Part shown: positions 43,107-50,884 of the stretch, in pieces
Layout: each line of letters opens with the position of its first letter
Position numbering within the stretch: position 1 is the first letter of the stretch
NCBI GenBank assembly: GCA_050730875.1
Contig: JBOHNX010000001.1
Span: forward strand, 297,972-361,971
DNA from: Candidatus Saccharimonadales bacterium
Lineage (GTDB): Bacteria; Patescibacteriota; Saccharimonadia; Saccharimonadales; EFPC-124
DNA length: 64,000 bases
Reading direction: 5' to 3'
Notes under the pieces: model-generated
What the model saw: the letters and a program-made list of their open reading frames with translations, nothing else
Database searches by the model: none
What the model was told of the DNA's origin: nothing
Program-made: the position numbers and the translations under genes

Positions 43107-44237
43107 TTACATAGCGTGCATTTCTTGTTGTTGTTTGGCGAGCTGCATCAAGATGTCAAAGGTTTCGTGGATACCAATACTCCGGTCGGTTTGACTGGTA
43201 CCTGCGCCATTTTTGCCACCTTCATAAAGATGGCTTTCAAACATAATGGCACGTAAGGCTTGTAGTTGCCCGCGTTCTCGCAATTCGAGTATGTGATTTA
43301 GGCACTCGCGTTCGCCAATTTCATGTTTGCCGCCATGTGCTTCGGCGCCTCCATGGGAAGCGTCCAATCCCAGAGGAAAGCCATGGGTTGCCGAGGCCTC
43401 GGCAAACTCGCGGACCTTTGCTTCATACGCTTCGGGGGTGGGTACTGTCGAGCCGCCGCGCATAAGGATGCCTACATGCTGGTTGCCTCTTAAACGTAGG
43501 TGCTGTTCGTAGTTGCCTGTGGCTGCATTATGAAATGTTATCCCAAGCTCACGCTGTGCCTTTTTTGCGTTGGGGCTGTGTATGTACTCCCGGGCATTGA
43601 GCGCGTCGGTCAGGTTGCCGTCCGTACCATTTTTTACGAATAGTGGTATGGGCTTGCCATTTTGTTCGTCATGGCTAAACGCCGCCATTGCATCGCGCAT
43701 GTTGTTATCGGCAACGTTGCGCGCTCCACCCCACGCCATTGCGAGCATGTCGTTGTAGTACTGCAGTGGGCGCGGCGACATTACCTCAGTGGCAATTGGT
43801 AACCCCGTATTAACGATTGCTGTCATGAGCTCGTAGGCCTTTTGCGGGTTCGAATGCCCGAGACCACGCCATCCAAGCTTCGAGCGAGTTTTATCCTCAT
43901 TTGGACGCATAACGATCTCCAGATTGGTTGTCAGTAGTGGATCCGCGCGCAAGAATGTGACAAGGTTATTAGCATATTCCAAAACTGCATGGATACCGCT
44001 TTCGAGCACAAGGTCGTCAAGCGAGCAGGGTCCAACGATAACAATTAATTTGCGCGGATGCGGGTTGGTCGTGTCCATAATATCGAGCAATGCTTGGCGC
44101 GCTTTTAGCGTTACTTCCCGGCCCTCGGGACTTAAAGGGTAAAGTTCGCGCATTTCGTGCGGTTTTGGTATTCGTTCTATTTTGTTGAACCGATCGTGTT
44201 CCACCGTTACAGGGTGGTGTTCTTTTTGTAAGTGCAT
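43107..44237 (-). CDS. Class I 3-deoxy-7-phosphoheptulonate (DAHP) synthase-like protein
   Basis: Aligns by eye to E. coli AroG: IVGPCS, KTRS..GWRGL (AroG KPRT..GWKGL), VKNGTDG, LMRGG, DASH, FESHLYEG. Confidence 0.75.
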   Translation of the reverse strand: MHLQKEHHPVTVEHDRFNKIERIPKPHEMRELYPLSPEGREVTLKARQALLDIMDTTNPHPRKLIVIVGPCSLDDLVLESGIHAVLEYANNLVTFLRADPLLTTNLEIVMRPNEDKTRSKLGWRGLGHSNPQKAYELMTAIVNTGLPIATEVMSPRPLQYYNDMLAMAWGGARNVADNNMRDAMAAFSHDEQNGKPIPLFVKNGTDGNLTDALNAREYIHSPNAKKAQRELGITFHNAATGNYEQHLRLRGNQHVGILMRGGSTVPTPEAYEAKVREFAEASATHGFPLGLDASHGGAEAHGGKHEIGERECLNHILELRERGQLQALRAIMFESHLYEGGKNGAGTSQTDRSIGIHETFDILMQLAKQQQEMHAM

Positions 44238-44256
44238 CGCTTCCCTCCTTTTTCAT

Positions 44257-44283
44257 AAAAAAACCACCTAGCAGGTGGTTTAG
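44257..44283 (-). terminator. Intrinsic terminator 20 nt upstream of the DAHP-synthase start (attenuator terminator)
   Basis: Minus strand AAACCACCT-GCT-AGGTGGTTT followed by TTTTAT, then RBS AAGGAGGG and ATG at 44237. Confidence 0.65.
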
Positions 44284-44306
44284 TTTTTTAGCTGTCGAAG
44301 TGTCTT

Positions 44307-44390
44307 TTATATACTATGCCAGCCATGCACCAAACCACCACCTGTGCCGTGGAACCAAGAGTAGAAATTATTCATATTTAACGTTTTCAT
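44307..44390 (-). CDS. Candidate 27-aa leader peptide MKTLNMNNFYSWFHGTGGGLVHGWHSI
   Basis: ATG lies 9 nt downstream of the predicted -10 (near-leaderless). Contains the aromatic codon cluster Phe-Tyr-Ser-Trp-Phe. Lies between a promoter and a terminator. Confidence 0.4.
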   Translation of the reverse strand: MKTLNMNNFYSWFHGTGGGLVHGWHSI

Positions 44391-44398
44391 GCTTATTC

Positions 44399-44427
44399 AT
44401 CATACGCAAATTACTTTAGCTGGTCAA
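44399..44427 (-). promoter_or_regulatory. Candidate sigma70-type promoter of the leader/DAHP synthase/trpS unit
   Basis: Minus strand TTGACC (44427-44422), 17 nt spacer, TATGAT (44404-44399). Confidence 0.5.
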
Positions 44428-44437
44428 TTATATACAC

Positions 44438-44468
44438 ATAAAAAGCACTGGATTTTTCAAGCCAGTGC
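44438..44468 (-). terminator. Intrinsic terminator after rpsI
   Basis: Minus strand GCACTGG-CTTGAAAAAT-CCAGTGC followed by TTTTTAT. Confidence 0.5.
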
Positions 44469-44489
44469 CTCCATGGGCATTAAAGTGCC

Positions 44490-44888
44490 TTAACGCTTGC
44501 TGAACTGTTCTTTCTTGCGAGCGCCGCGAAGACCGTATTTCTTTGGTTCTTTTTCGCGTGGGTCGCGCATAAGCAAGCCGGCTTTTTTGAGCGTACCGCG
44601 AAGGTCGTCGTTCATGCCAGAAAGTGCTTTGCTGATAGCAAGCTTACAAGCATCAACTTGACCGCTTAAGCCACCGCCGGCAACTTTTAGCGTGATATCG
44701 TAAGCCTTTTCTTTGCCAATTAGGCGCAGGGGCTCTACGAGCTCGCTAAGCCAGGCTTCGTTGCCACAAAAGTACTCTTCGACCTTTTTGTCGTTGACGA
44801 CAATGTTGCCCTTGCCGCCCATGAGGCGAGCGCGAGCGGTCGATGACTTGCGGCGACCTAATCCGTAAAAATATTCGTTCTTTGCCAT
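44490..44888 (-). CDS. rpsI: 30S ribosomal protein S9
   Basis: GRRKSSTARARL start and a C-terminus ending in RKKEQFSKR. Confidence 0.95.
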   Translation of the reverse strand: MAKNEYFYGLGRRKSSTARARLMGGKGNIVVNDKKVEEYFCGNEAWLSELVEPLRLIGKEKAYDITLKVAGGGLSGQVDACKLAISKALSGMNDDLRGTLKKAGLLMRDPREKEPKKYGLRGARKKEQFSKR

Positions 44889-44889
44889 A

Positions 44890-45324
44890 TTATCTCTCTA
44901 CCTCAACTTTAACTGGGGTTTGGGCTGTGTGTGCGTGCTCCTCGCCAGTGAATACTTTAAGGCGCTTTAGGCGGTCATCGAGCAGCTTGTTCTTTGGCAA
45001 CATGCCTTTTACGGCTGCAATGATGACTTTGCTTGCGTCTTTGTCGAGCTGTTCTTTTAGCGTGCGGGCTTTAATACCGCCCGGGAAACCGCTGTGACGG
45101 TAGTAAGTCTTGTCTTCGAGCTTCGCGCCAGTCACGACTAGCTTGTCGGCGTTTACAACAACCACGTAGTCACCACCATCCACGTGCGCTGTATAGGTTG
45201 GTTTGTACTTACCGATCAAATACTTAGCGATAGTTGTAGCAACGCGACCAAGTGGTGCTTCGCTAGCATCTAGCATGACCCATTTACGTGTGACGTCGGC
45301 TGGTTTTTGGCTAAATGTCTTCAT
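44890..45324 (-). CDS. rplM: 50S ribosomal protein L13
   Basis: RKWVMLDASEAPLGRVAT...DYVVVVNADK. Confidence 0.95.
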   Translation of the reverse strand: MKTFSQKPADVTRKWVMLDASEAPLGRVATTIAKYLIGKYKPTYTAHVDGGDYVVVVNADKLVVTGAKLEDKTYYRHSGFPGGIKARTLKEQLDKDASKVIIAAVKGMLPKNKLLDDRLKRLKVFTGEEHAHTAQTPVKVEVER

Positions 45325-45327
45325 GGG

Positions 45328-45771
45328 TTATTTCTCCGCCTTCTTCGCTGCTGGCTTGCTTGCGGCAGCTGTTTTAGGCTTTTCTTCTTTGACTGGCGCT
45401 GGGGCGGCAGTGAGGTCATCAACAAAGCTGACTACAGCAAGTTGAGCGTTATCGCCCACGCGTAGGCGGCTTGGCTTTACGCGGAGATGACCACTAGTGC
45501 GGCCCTTAAGCTTTGGAGCGACTTCGTCGACCAATTTGTGCGCAGCAGCAACAGTGGTAAGCGCAGCAACAATCTGACGACGGTTGTGCAGGTCACCTTT
45601 TTTGGCTTTGGTAATGAGCGCTTCAACATAAGGAACAACTTCCTTAGCCTTTGGCAGCGTAGTTTCAACTTTGCCGTGCTCGACCAGCTGAGTTGCCAAG
45701 CCCTTTAGCAGAGCGCGGCGCTCTGCGGCCTCACGGCCAAATTTTCGACCTTGGTATCCGTGACGATGCAT
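45328..45771 (-). CDS. rplQ: 50S ribosomal protein L17 (A/P/K-rich C-terminal tail)
   Basis: MHRHGYQGRKFGR...TTLPKAKEV. Confidence 0.93.
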   Translation of the reverse strand: MHRHGYQGRKFGREAAERRALLKGLATQLVEHGKVETTLPKAKEVVPYVEALITKAKKGDLHNRRQIVAALTTVAAAHKLVDEVAPKLKGRTSGHLRVKPSRLRVGDNAQLAVVSFVDDLTAAPAPVKEEKPKTAAASKPAAKKAEK

Positions 45772-45774
45772 GAT

Positions 45775-46704
45775 TTAGAGCTCCAGCTCCGCTAGCTTAT
45801 CTTTCACTTCGTCGAGCGCCTTGCTGCCAAAACCTTTCAGTTCGCGCAGTTCAGCGTCACTGAGGGTGACGAGGTCGTTGATAGTGCGGATATCGTTGTT
45901 AATTAAAGCGTTGGTGGTACGGGCTGAAAGGTTGAGATCCTCAATTGGAGTCATCAATTCAGCTGCGATGTCGTTCTCAGGGTTCTTGGCGCCTACAACA
46001 GGGCCTGCCTCAACACGAGTTGAACCAGCAAGAGCAGTGTATTGGTTGATCAGAATAGCAGCAGCTTCTTCGAAAGCGTCTTTTGGCGAGATTGAGCCAT
46101 CGGTGTCGATGGTAATGCTCAATTTGTCGAGGTCAGTTGCCTGGCCTACACGAGTGTTCTCAACCTTGTAGCGCACACGTTGTACTGGGCTGAACAGCGC
46201 GTCGAGAGGAATCATGTCGCTCTGGGTGCGTTTGTTAGCAGATTCTTCAACGGTACGGTAACCACGGCCAGTGTCGATAACTAGGTCCATGACTAATGTA
46301 CCCTTAGAGTCGTCAATAGTTGCAATAACGACATCTGGGGTAACGACTTCAACATCAGCAGTTAAAGCAATGTCGCTGGCTTTTATAACACCGCTGCCCT
46401 TTTTTTCGAGGCGTAGGGTAACTGGTTCTTCGGCGTGGCTCTTAAAGCGTACGCTCTTGAGGTTAAGCATGATGTCAACAACATCTTCCTTGATACCAGG
46501 AACAGTTGTGAATTCGTGCGTAGCACCTTCGACCTTGAATGAAGTTACTGCAGCACCGGCGATGCTCGAAAGCAATACGCGGCGGAGGCTGTTACCAAGC
46601 GTCATGCCGTAGCCAGTGTGAAGTGGCTCAACAATGAAAGTTGCGCTGGTTGCTGTGTGCTCTTCGATTTGAGCGAGTGTTGGGTTGTGTATGACTTTCA
46701 ACAC
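45775..46704 (-). CDS. rpoA: DNA-directed RNA polymerase alpha subunit
   Basis: FIVEPLHTGYGMTLGNSLRRVLLSS and a C-terminal domain LNLSARTTNAL. Confidence 0.95.
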   Translation of the reverse strand: MLKVIHNPTLAQIEEHTATSATFIVEPLHTGYGMTLGNSLRRVLLSSIAGAAVTSFKVEGATHEFTTVPGIKEDVVDIMLNLKSVRFKSHAEEPVTLRLEKKGSGVIKASDIALTADVEVVTPDVVIATIDDSKGTLVMDLVIDTGRGYRTVEESANKRTQSDMIPLDALFSPVQRVRYKVENTRVGQATDLDKLSITIDTDGSISPKDAFEEAAAILINQYTALAGSTRVEAGPVVGAKNPENDIAAELMTPIEDLNLSARTTNALINNDIRTINDLVTLSDAELRELKGFGSKALDEVKDKLAELEL

Positions 46705-46736
46705 GGCGTTTTTCTCCTTAGCCTTCTTACAAAGTC

Positions 46737-47354
46737 TTAACGTGAGTAGTACTCAACGATTAATTGTTCTTTAATATCCGGTTCTGCCTCTTCACGTTTT
46801 GGCAGGCCCGTGATGGTAATGGTAAGCTTCTTGGGGTCGCTCTTCAGCCAGCTAAGACTTGGTTGGTTAGTCTCTTTTACGACATCGTCGAGGTTACTGA
46901 AGTAGTGAGTCTTGGTGCTTGCTGGGCGAACAGTGATAACGTCGCCTTCTTTCAAGCGGATAGATGGGATATCAACGCGGGTACCGTTGAGCATGAGGTG
47001 ACCATGGCTTACCAATTGGCGTGCGCCGCGGCGGCTGACAGACCAACCAGCGCGATAAACTGCGTTGTCCATACGGCGCTCAAGCAGTTGCAATAGCACC
47101 TGGCCAGATTGACCTTTAGTGCGTCCTGCTTCTTTCATGAGGCGGGCAAACTGCTTTTCAAGCAACCCGTACAAACGGCGTACTTTTTGCTTCTCGCGAA
47201 GCTGAATCGAGTACATGCTTGGCTTAGAACGGCGGCCGTGTGCGTGAACACCTGGAATACCGGTCTTTTTGACCATAACTTTGTGCGCTTTTGGATGAAG
47301 GGCGTAGCCTTCACGGCGCGACTGTTTAACAATAGGGCTTCGATCTCGTGCCAT
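46737..47354 (-). CDS. rpsD: 30S ribosomal protein S4
   Basis: YSIQLREKQKVRRLYG and the S4 domain RQLVSHGH..LNG. Confidence 0.95.
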   Translation of the reverse strand: MARDRSPIVKQSRREGYALHPKAHKVMVKKTGIPGVHAHGRRSKPSMYSIQLREKQKVRRLYGLLEKQFARLMKEAGRTKGQSGQVLLQLLERRMDNAVYRAGWSVSRRGARQLVSHGHLMLNGTRVDIPSIRLKEGDVITVRPASTKTHYFSNLDDVVKETNQPSLSWLKSDPKKLTITITGLPKREEAEPDIKEQLIVEYYSR

Positions 47355-47357
47355 ACC

Positions 47358-47747
47358 TTACGCTCTCCGTGCTTTACGTGGGCGCACGCCACCGTGTGGC
47401 ACGCCAGTCTTATCTTTAATACTTTCAACCATAATATCGTGGTTACCGAGTGCGCGCACAGCGGCATCGCGACCTAGACCAACGCCTTTTACGTATACCT
47501 CAACGCTGCTTACGCCGTAAGTCTGCTTTGCAGCTGTTGCAGCTTTGTCGCTAGCAACCTGTGCTGCGTACGCAGTACCTTTTTTAGAGCCACGAAAACC
47601 TTGCGCACCGGCGCTGGCGGTTGTTAATACATTACCTTTTTTATCAGTAAAGGTAATGAGTGTGTTGTTAAAGGTCGCCTTGACGTGCATGGCGCCCGAT
47701 GGAACACTTCGCTTTTGCTTCTTCTTGCTAACTTTTGCTTCTGCCAT
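47358..47747 (-). CDS. rpsK: 30S ribosomal protein S11
   Basis: ATFNNTLITFTD..GN....SAG..GFRGSKK.T.YAAQ. Confidence 0.95.
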   Translation of the reverse strand: MAEAKVSKKKQKRSVPSGAMHVKATFNNTLITFTDKKGNVLTTASAGAQGFRGSKKGTAYAAQVASDKAATAAKQTYGVSSVEVYVKGVGLGRDAAVRALGNHDIMVESIKDKTGVPHGGVRPRKARRA

Positions 47748-47761
47748 ATTCCAAGCTACTC

Positions 47762-48148
47762 CTACGTCTTAGACGCGACCTTCTTCTTAGTGCCGCCAAC
47801 GGTTACTTTTTTGCCACGACGCGTGCGGGCGTTTGTACGAGTGCGTTGACCGTGGCCTGGAAGATTGGCTGCATGGCGAAGGCCACGGTATGCCTTGATA
47901 TCCTTCAGGCGCTTAATGTTGCCGGTAACGACACGCTGCAATTCACCTTCCACGGTGAAGTTGGCGTTAATTTCGTCACGAATTTTTTGCAGCTCGGTCT
48001 CGGTAAGGTCTTTGACACGAGTGGTAGGTTCGATTTTAGTAGCATCTAAAATCTGCTTGGCATAGTGCGGGCCAATACCATAAATGTAGGTAAGGGCAAT
48101 TTGCACTTGCTTGTCCGTTGGAACTGTTACACCTGCAATACGAGCCAT
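47762..48148 (-). CDS. rpsM: 30S ribosomal protein S13
   Basis: MARIAGVTVP..K.V.IALTYIYGIG. Confidence 0.95.
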   Translation of the reverse strand: MARIAGVTVPTDKQVQIALTYIYGIGPHYAKQILDATKIEPTTRVKDLTETELQKIRDEINANFTVEGELQRVVTGNIKRLKDIKAYRGLRHAANLPGHGQRTRTNARTRRGKKVTVGGTKKKVASKT

Positions 48149-48151
48149 AAC

Positions 48152-48265
48152 CTAACCTTGCCTCTGCTTATGTTTACGGGTAGAGCAAATAATTACCAAG
48201 TTGCCTTTGCGGCGGATTGCTTGGCATTTAGTGCATCGTTTTTTGACGCTGGCCTGAACCTTCAC
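48152..48265 (-). CDS. rpmJ: 50S ribosomal protein L36 (37 aa, GTG start; below the ORF-track cutoff)
   Basis: Hand translation (M)[36 protein letters not shown], in the canonical position between infA and rpsM. Confidence 0.9.
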   Translation of the reverse strand: MKVQASVKKRCTKCQAIRRKGNLVIICSTRKHKQRQG

Positions 48266-48295
48266 GCGTACGTTCTCCCTGCGCTTAAAGCTTAA

Positions 48296-48577
48296 TTAAT
48301 CTCTCAAGCGGAAGGTGATTCTGCCCTTTGTGAGATCGTAAGGGGTTAACTCAACTTCCACTTTATCTCCTGGTACAAGGCGGATGTAATACTTGCGCAT
48401 TTTGCCCGCTACGTGACACAGGATTGTATGACCGTTTTCAAGTTCGACATGAAACTTAGCGCCTGGCAGTGCCTCGATGACACGGCCAGTAAGCTTGATA
48501 ACCTCTTTGCTTGCAGGGGTCGGTTGCGCCGATCTCCCGCCAGCACGTGGTTTGTTGTCTCTCTTGGTACTGGTCAT
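48296..48577 (-). CDS. infA: Translation initiation factor IF-1 with ~22-aa basic N-terminal extension
   Basis: [30 protein letters not shown]...[24 protein letters not shown]. Confidence 0.93.
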   Translation of the reverse strand: MTSTKRDNKPRAGGRSAQPTPASKEVIKLTGRVIEALPGAKFHVELENGHTILCHVAGKMRKYYIRLVPGDKVEVELTPYDLTKGRITFRLRD

Positions 48578-48592
48578 AAACTACAATGAGAG

Positions 48593-48620
48593 ATTATACA
48601 GATAAGTTCCCCTGTTGTAA
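48593..48620 (-). promoter_or_regulatory. Candidate infA promoter
   Basis: Minus strand TTACAA (48620-48615), 16 nt spacer, TATAAT (48598-48593). Confidence 0.4.
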
Positions 48621-48729
48621 AGCACTATAAGAAATAATTCTACGGCAGTAGTTTCCGTAGCTCGGTACTTAATACTTTAGCATTTTGCTTTGAGGTGTCA
48701 AGATTATGGCTTCGAGGATACCGCGAGCC

Positions 48730-48754
48730 CATGAACTGCCAGTGGCAGTTCATG
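48730..48754. repeat. Perfect palindromic hairpin, copy 2 (core GAACTGCC-NGT-GGCAGTTC)
   Basis: CATGAACTGCC AGT GGCAGTTCATG followed by TTTT on the plus strand. Lies in the 278-nt secY-infA gap. Confidence 0.6.
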
Positions 48755-48855
48755 TTTTCCTTGCTTGGCCTCGAGTGGAGCGCTTGCGCGAACGAGAGCA
48801 AAAGTGACGTAACCCAAAGCGCCACCAGCTGGCGTAGAGCGAAGCTTCCAGCCTC

Positions 48856-50277
48856 CTAGTAGTCCTGATCGTACGTAACCATGAGCGCGCGCGAATTGAT
48901 CTGGCGCAGGGTTTCGAGGGTGACTGAAACAACAATCAACAATCCAGTACCGCCGATGGCGAGGTTTTGCAGTTGCAGGCCAAATTTTGCACCTATGAAT
49001 TCGAAAAGGAATGGTGTAACGGCAATAATACCAAGTGCGAGCGAACCAAACAGTGTTAGGCGTGTAACCGTACGCTTTAGGTATCGTTCGGTCTGCTGGC
49101 CTGGGCGGATATTGGCAACAAAGCCGCCTTGCTTTTGCAGGTTCTCGGCGATTTCGCTGGTGTTAAATACAATGCCGGTGTAGAAGTACGTGAACAGCAC
49201 AACCAGCACAAAGTAGGCAATCGGGTAAATAAAGGCTGTTGGGTCGCCCGCGATGTAGGTTTGTGGTGTTGGCGTTTGGAACCACTGCACTAAGTTAGTG
49301 CCGAGCTGTTGCCATTGTTCACTACCCATGCCCTTAAGTGCTTGGCCAATAAACGCCGGGAGCGCCAAAAACGCGACCGCGAAGATCACTGGAATCACAC
49401 CAGCAGTAATAAGCTTGATAGGCAAAATGCTGGTTACGCCGCCGTAAGCTCGGTTGCCTTGGACGCGTTTTGCGTAGTTAATGGTGACAACGCGCTGGGC
49501 CTCGTTAATTTTAACGATAATATACAGCCCTATGAGTCCCACTACCACCAATAGCAGCGTTATCCAAAACGCCACGCCGTTAACGGGCAATGTAAACCAG
49601 TTAAATACGTGCAGCTTATCAGCATCAGATTGAACGTTTGTGAGCGACGATATAAGTGTCGCCAGTGTTTGCGGCAACTGGCTGATAATACCTGCAAAGA
49701 TAAGTAAAGACATACCGTTGCCCACACCTTGCTCGGTCATAAGTTCACCAATCCACATAAGTAGCATTGCACCAATGGTCATGGCGCCAACCATAATAAC
49801 CCATTGCAGTGGCGAGGTGTCGGCAGTAATATCGGTACCGCTGGCACCAGCTAGTACAGATTGCCGCAAAATAAAGATGAAGGCAATCGACTGTACAATT
49901 GCCAGCGGCAATGTAATAAGGCGGGTCCACTGTTGAATTTTGCGCCGGCCCACTTCGCCGTCTTTGTGCAGTTCTTCAAGCCGTGGAATTGCTTTGGTAA
50001 GCAGCTGGGTAATAACAGAGGCGGTAATGTATGGCGAGAGCCCCACGAGCACAATCGAAAGGTTAGCAAGCGCACCACCGGTCAGGATGTTCATGAAACC
50101 ACCGAGGTCGGTGCCTGTCAGGACGTTCTGCAGCACTTCCTTTAGCGCAGTTGGCTCTGCCAGCGGCACTGGAATGTGCGCCAAAAGACGGTACACAACA
50201 ATGAGACCCAGTACAATTACCAAGCGCTTTTGCATATCACGGCTTTTGAGCGATTTGAAAATAGTTTTCCAGTTCAT
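48856..50277 (-). CDS. secY: Preprotein translocase subunit SecY
   Basis: 473 aa with 10 TM segments. Canonical position after rplO. Confidence 0.95.
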   Translation of the reverse strand: MNWKTIFKSLKSRDMQKRLVIVLGLIVVYRLLAHIPVPLAEPTALKEVLQNVLTGTDLGGFMNILTGGALANLSIVLVGLSPYITASVITQLLTKAIPRLEELHKDGEVGRRKIQQWTRLITLPLAIVQSIAFIFILRQSVLAGASGTDITADTSPLQWVIMVGAMTIGAMLLMWIGELMTEQGVGNGMSLLIFAGIISQLPQTLATLISSLTNVQSDADKLHVFNWFTLPVNGVAFWITLLLVVVGLIGLYIIVKINEAQRVVTINYAKRVQGNRAYGGVTSILPIKLITAGVIPVIFAVAFLALPAFIGQALKGMGSEQWQQLGTNLVQWFQTPTPQTYIAGDPTAFIYPIAYFVLVVLFTYFYTGIVFNTSEIAENLQKQGGFVANIRPGQQTERYLKRTVTRLTLFGSLALGIIAVTPFLFEFIGAKFGLQLQNLAIGGTGLLIVVSVTLETLRQINSRALMVTYDQDY

Positions 50278-50354
50278 CTAGTCTAAGTCTCTCAACATAT
50301 TACTCATTCAAAGATAGCACACTTGGGGTGTAGAGTGCTAAGTTTTTCTTGCCT

Positions 50355-50392
50355 AAAAACAAGAATGAGGCCGCCTAGGACCTCATTCTTGT
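50355..50392 (-). terminator. Strong intrinsic terminator-like hairpin between rplO and secY
   Basis: Minus strand ACAAGAATGAGG-(10 nt)-CCTCATTCTTGT followed by TTTTT. Confidence 0.55.
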
Positions 50393-50407
50393 GCAACTTC
50401 GCGAGAC

Positions 50408-50884
50408 TTACTTTTCGTCTTTCTTTGGCTTGCTGCTTGGCAAGATTGGGGTTGCCACTTTTTCGAAGGTACCACCGGCTTTGGTGATGGCTTCGACTGC
50501 GCCTTTACTGGCGCCTTGGGTTTTTACGGTTACCTTGCCTTTTAGCTCACCACGAAGGATCACTTTTACAGCGTGGTACGGTGTTGAAATCAAGCCAGCT
50601 TCGGCAAGCTTCATGTTGTCGGCAGTTTTGCCAGCTAATGCGCTGAGCTGCTCGGTGTATACAACCTGCGCAGGAACGCGAAGGCTTTTGAAGCCGCGCT
50701 TTTTAGGAATGCGCTGCATCAGTGCGCCCTGGCCACCCATGAAGGTTGCGCGGATTTTAGCACCGGTACGAGACTTCTGACCCTTAGTACCACGGCCGGC
50801 AGTTTTACCTTGACCGGCAGCAATGCCACGACCAACGCGCTTTTTAGCCTTGTGGCTTTCTACCTGAAGTTCGTTGACTTTCAT
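50408..50884 (-). CDS. rplO: 50S ribosomal protein L15
   Basis: KKRVGRGIAAGQGKTAGRGTKGQKSR. Confidence 0.95.
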   Translation of the reverse strand: MKVNELQVESHKAKKRVGRGIAAGQGKTAGRGTKGQKSRTGAKIRATFMGGQGALMQRIPKKRGFKSLRVPAQVVYTEQLSALAGKTADNMKLAEAGLISTPYHAVKVILRGELKGKVTVKTQGASKGAVEAITKAGGTFEKVATPILPSSKPKKDEK

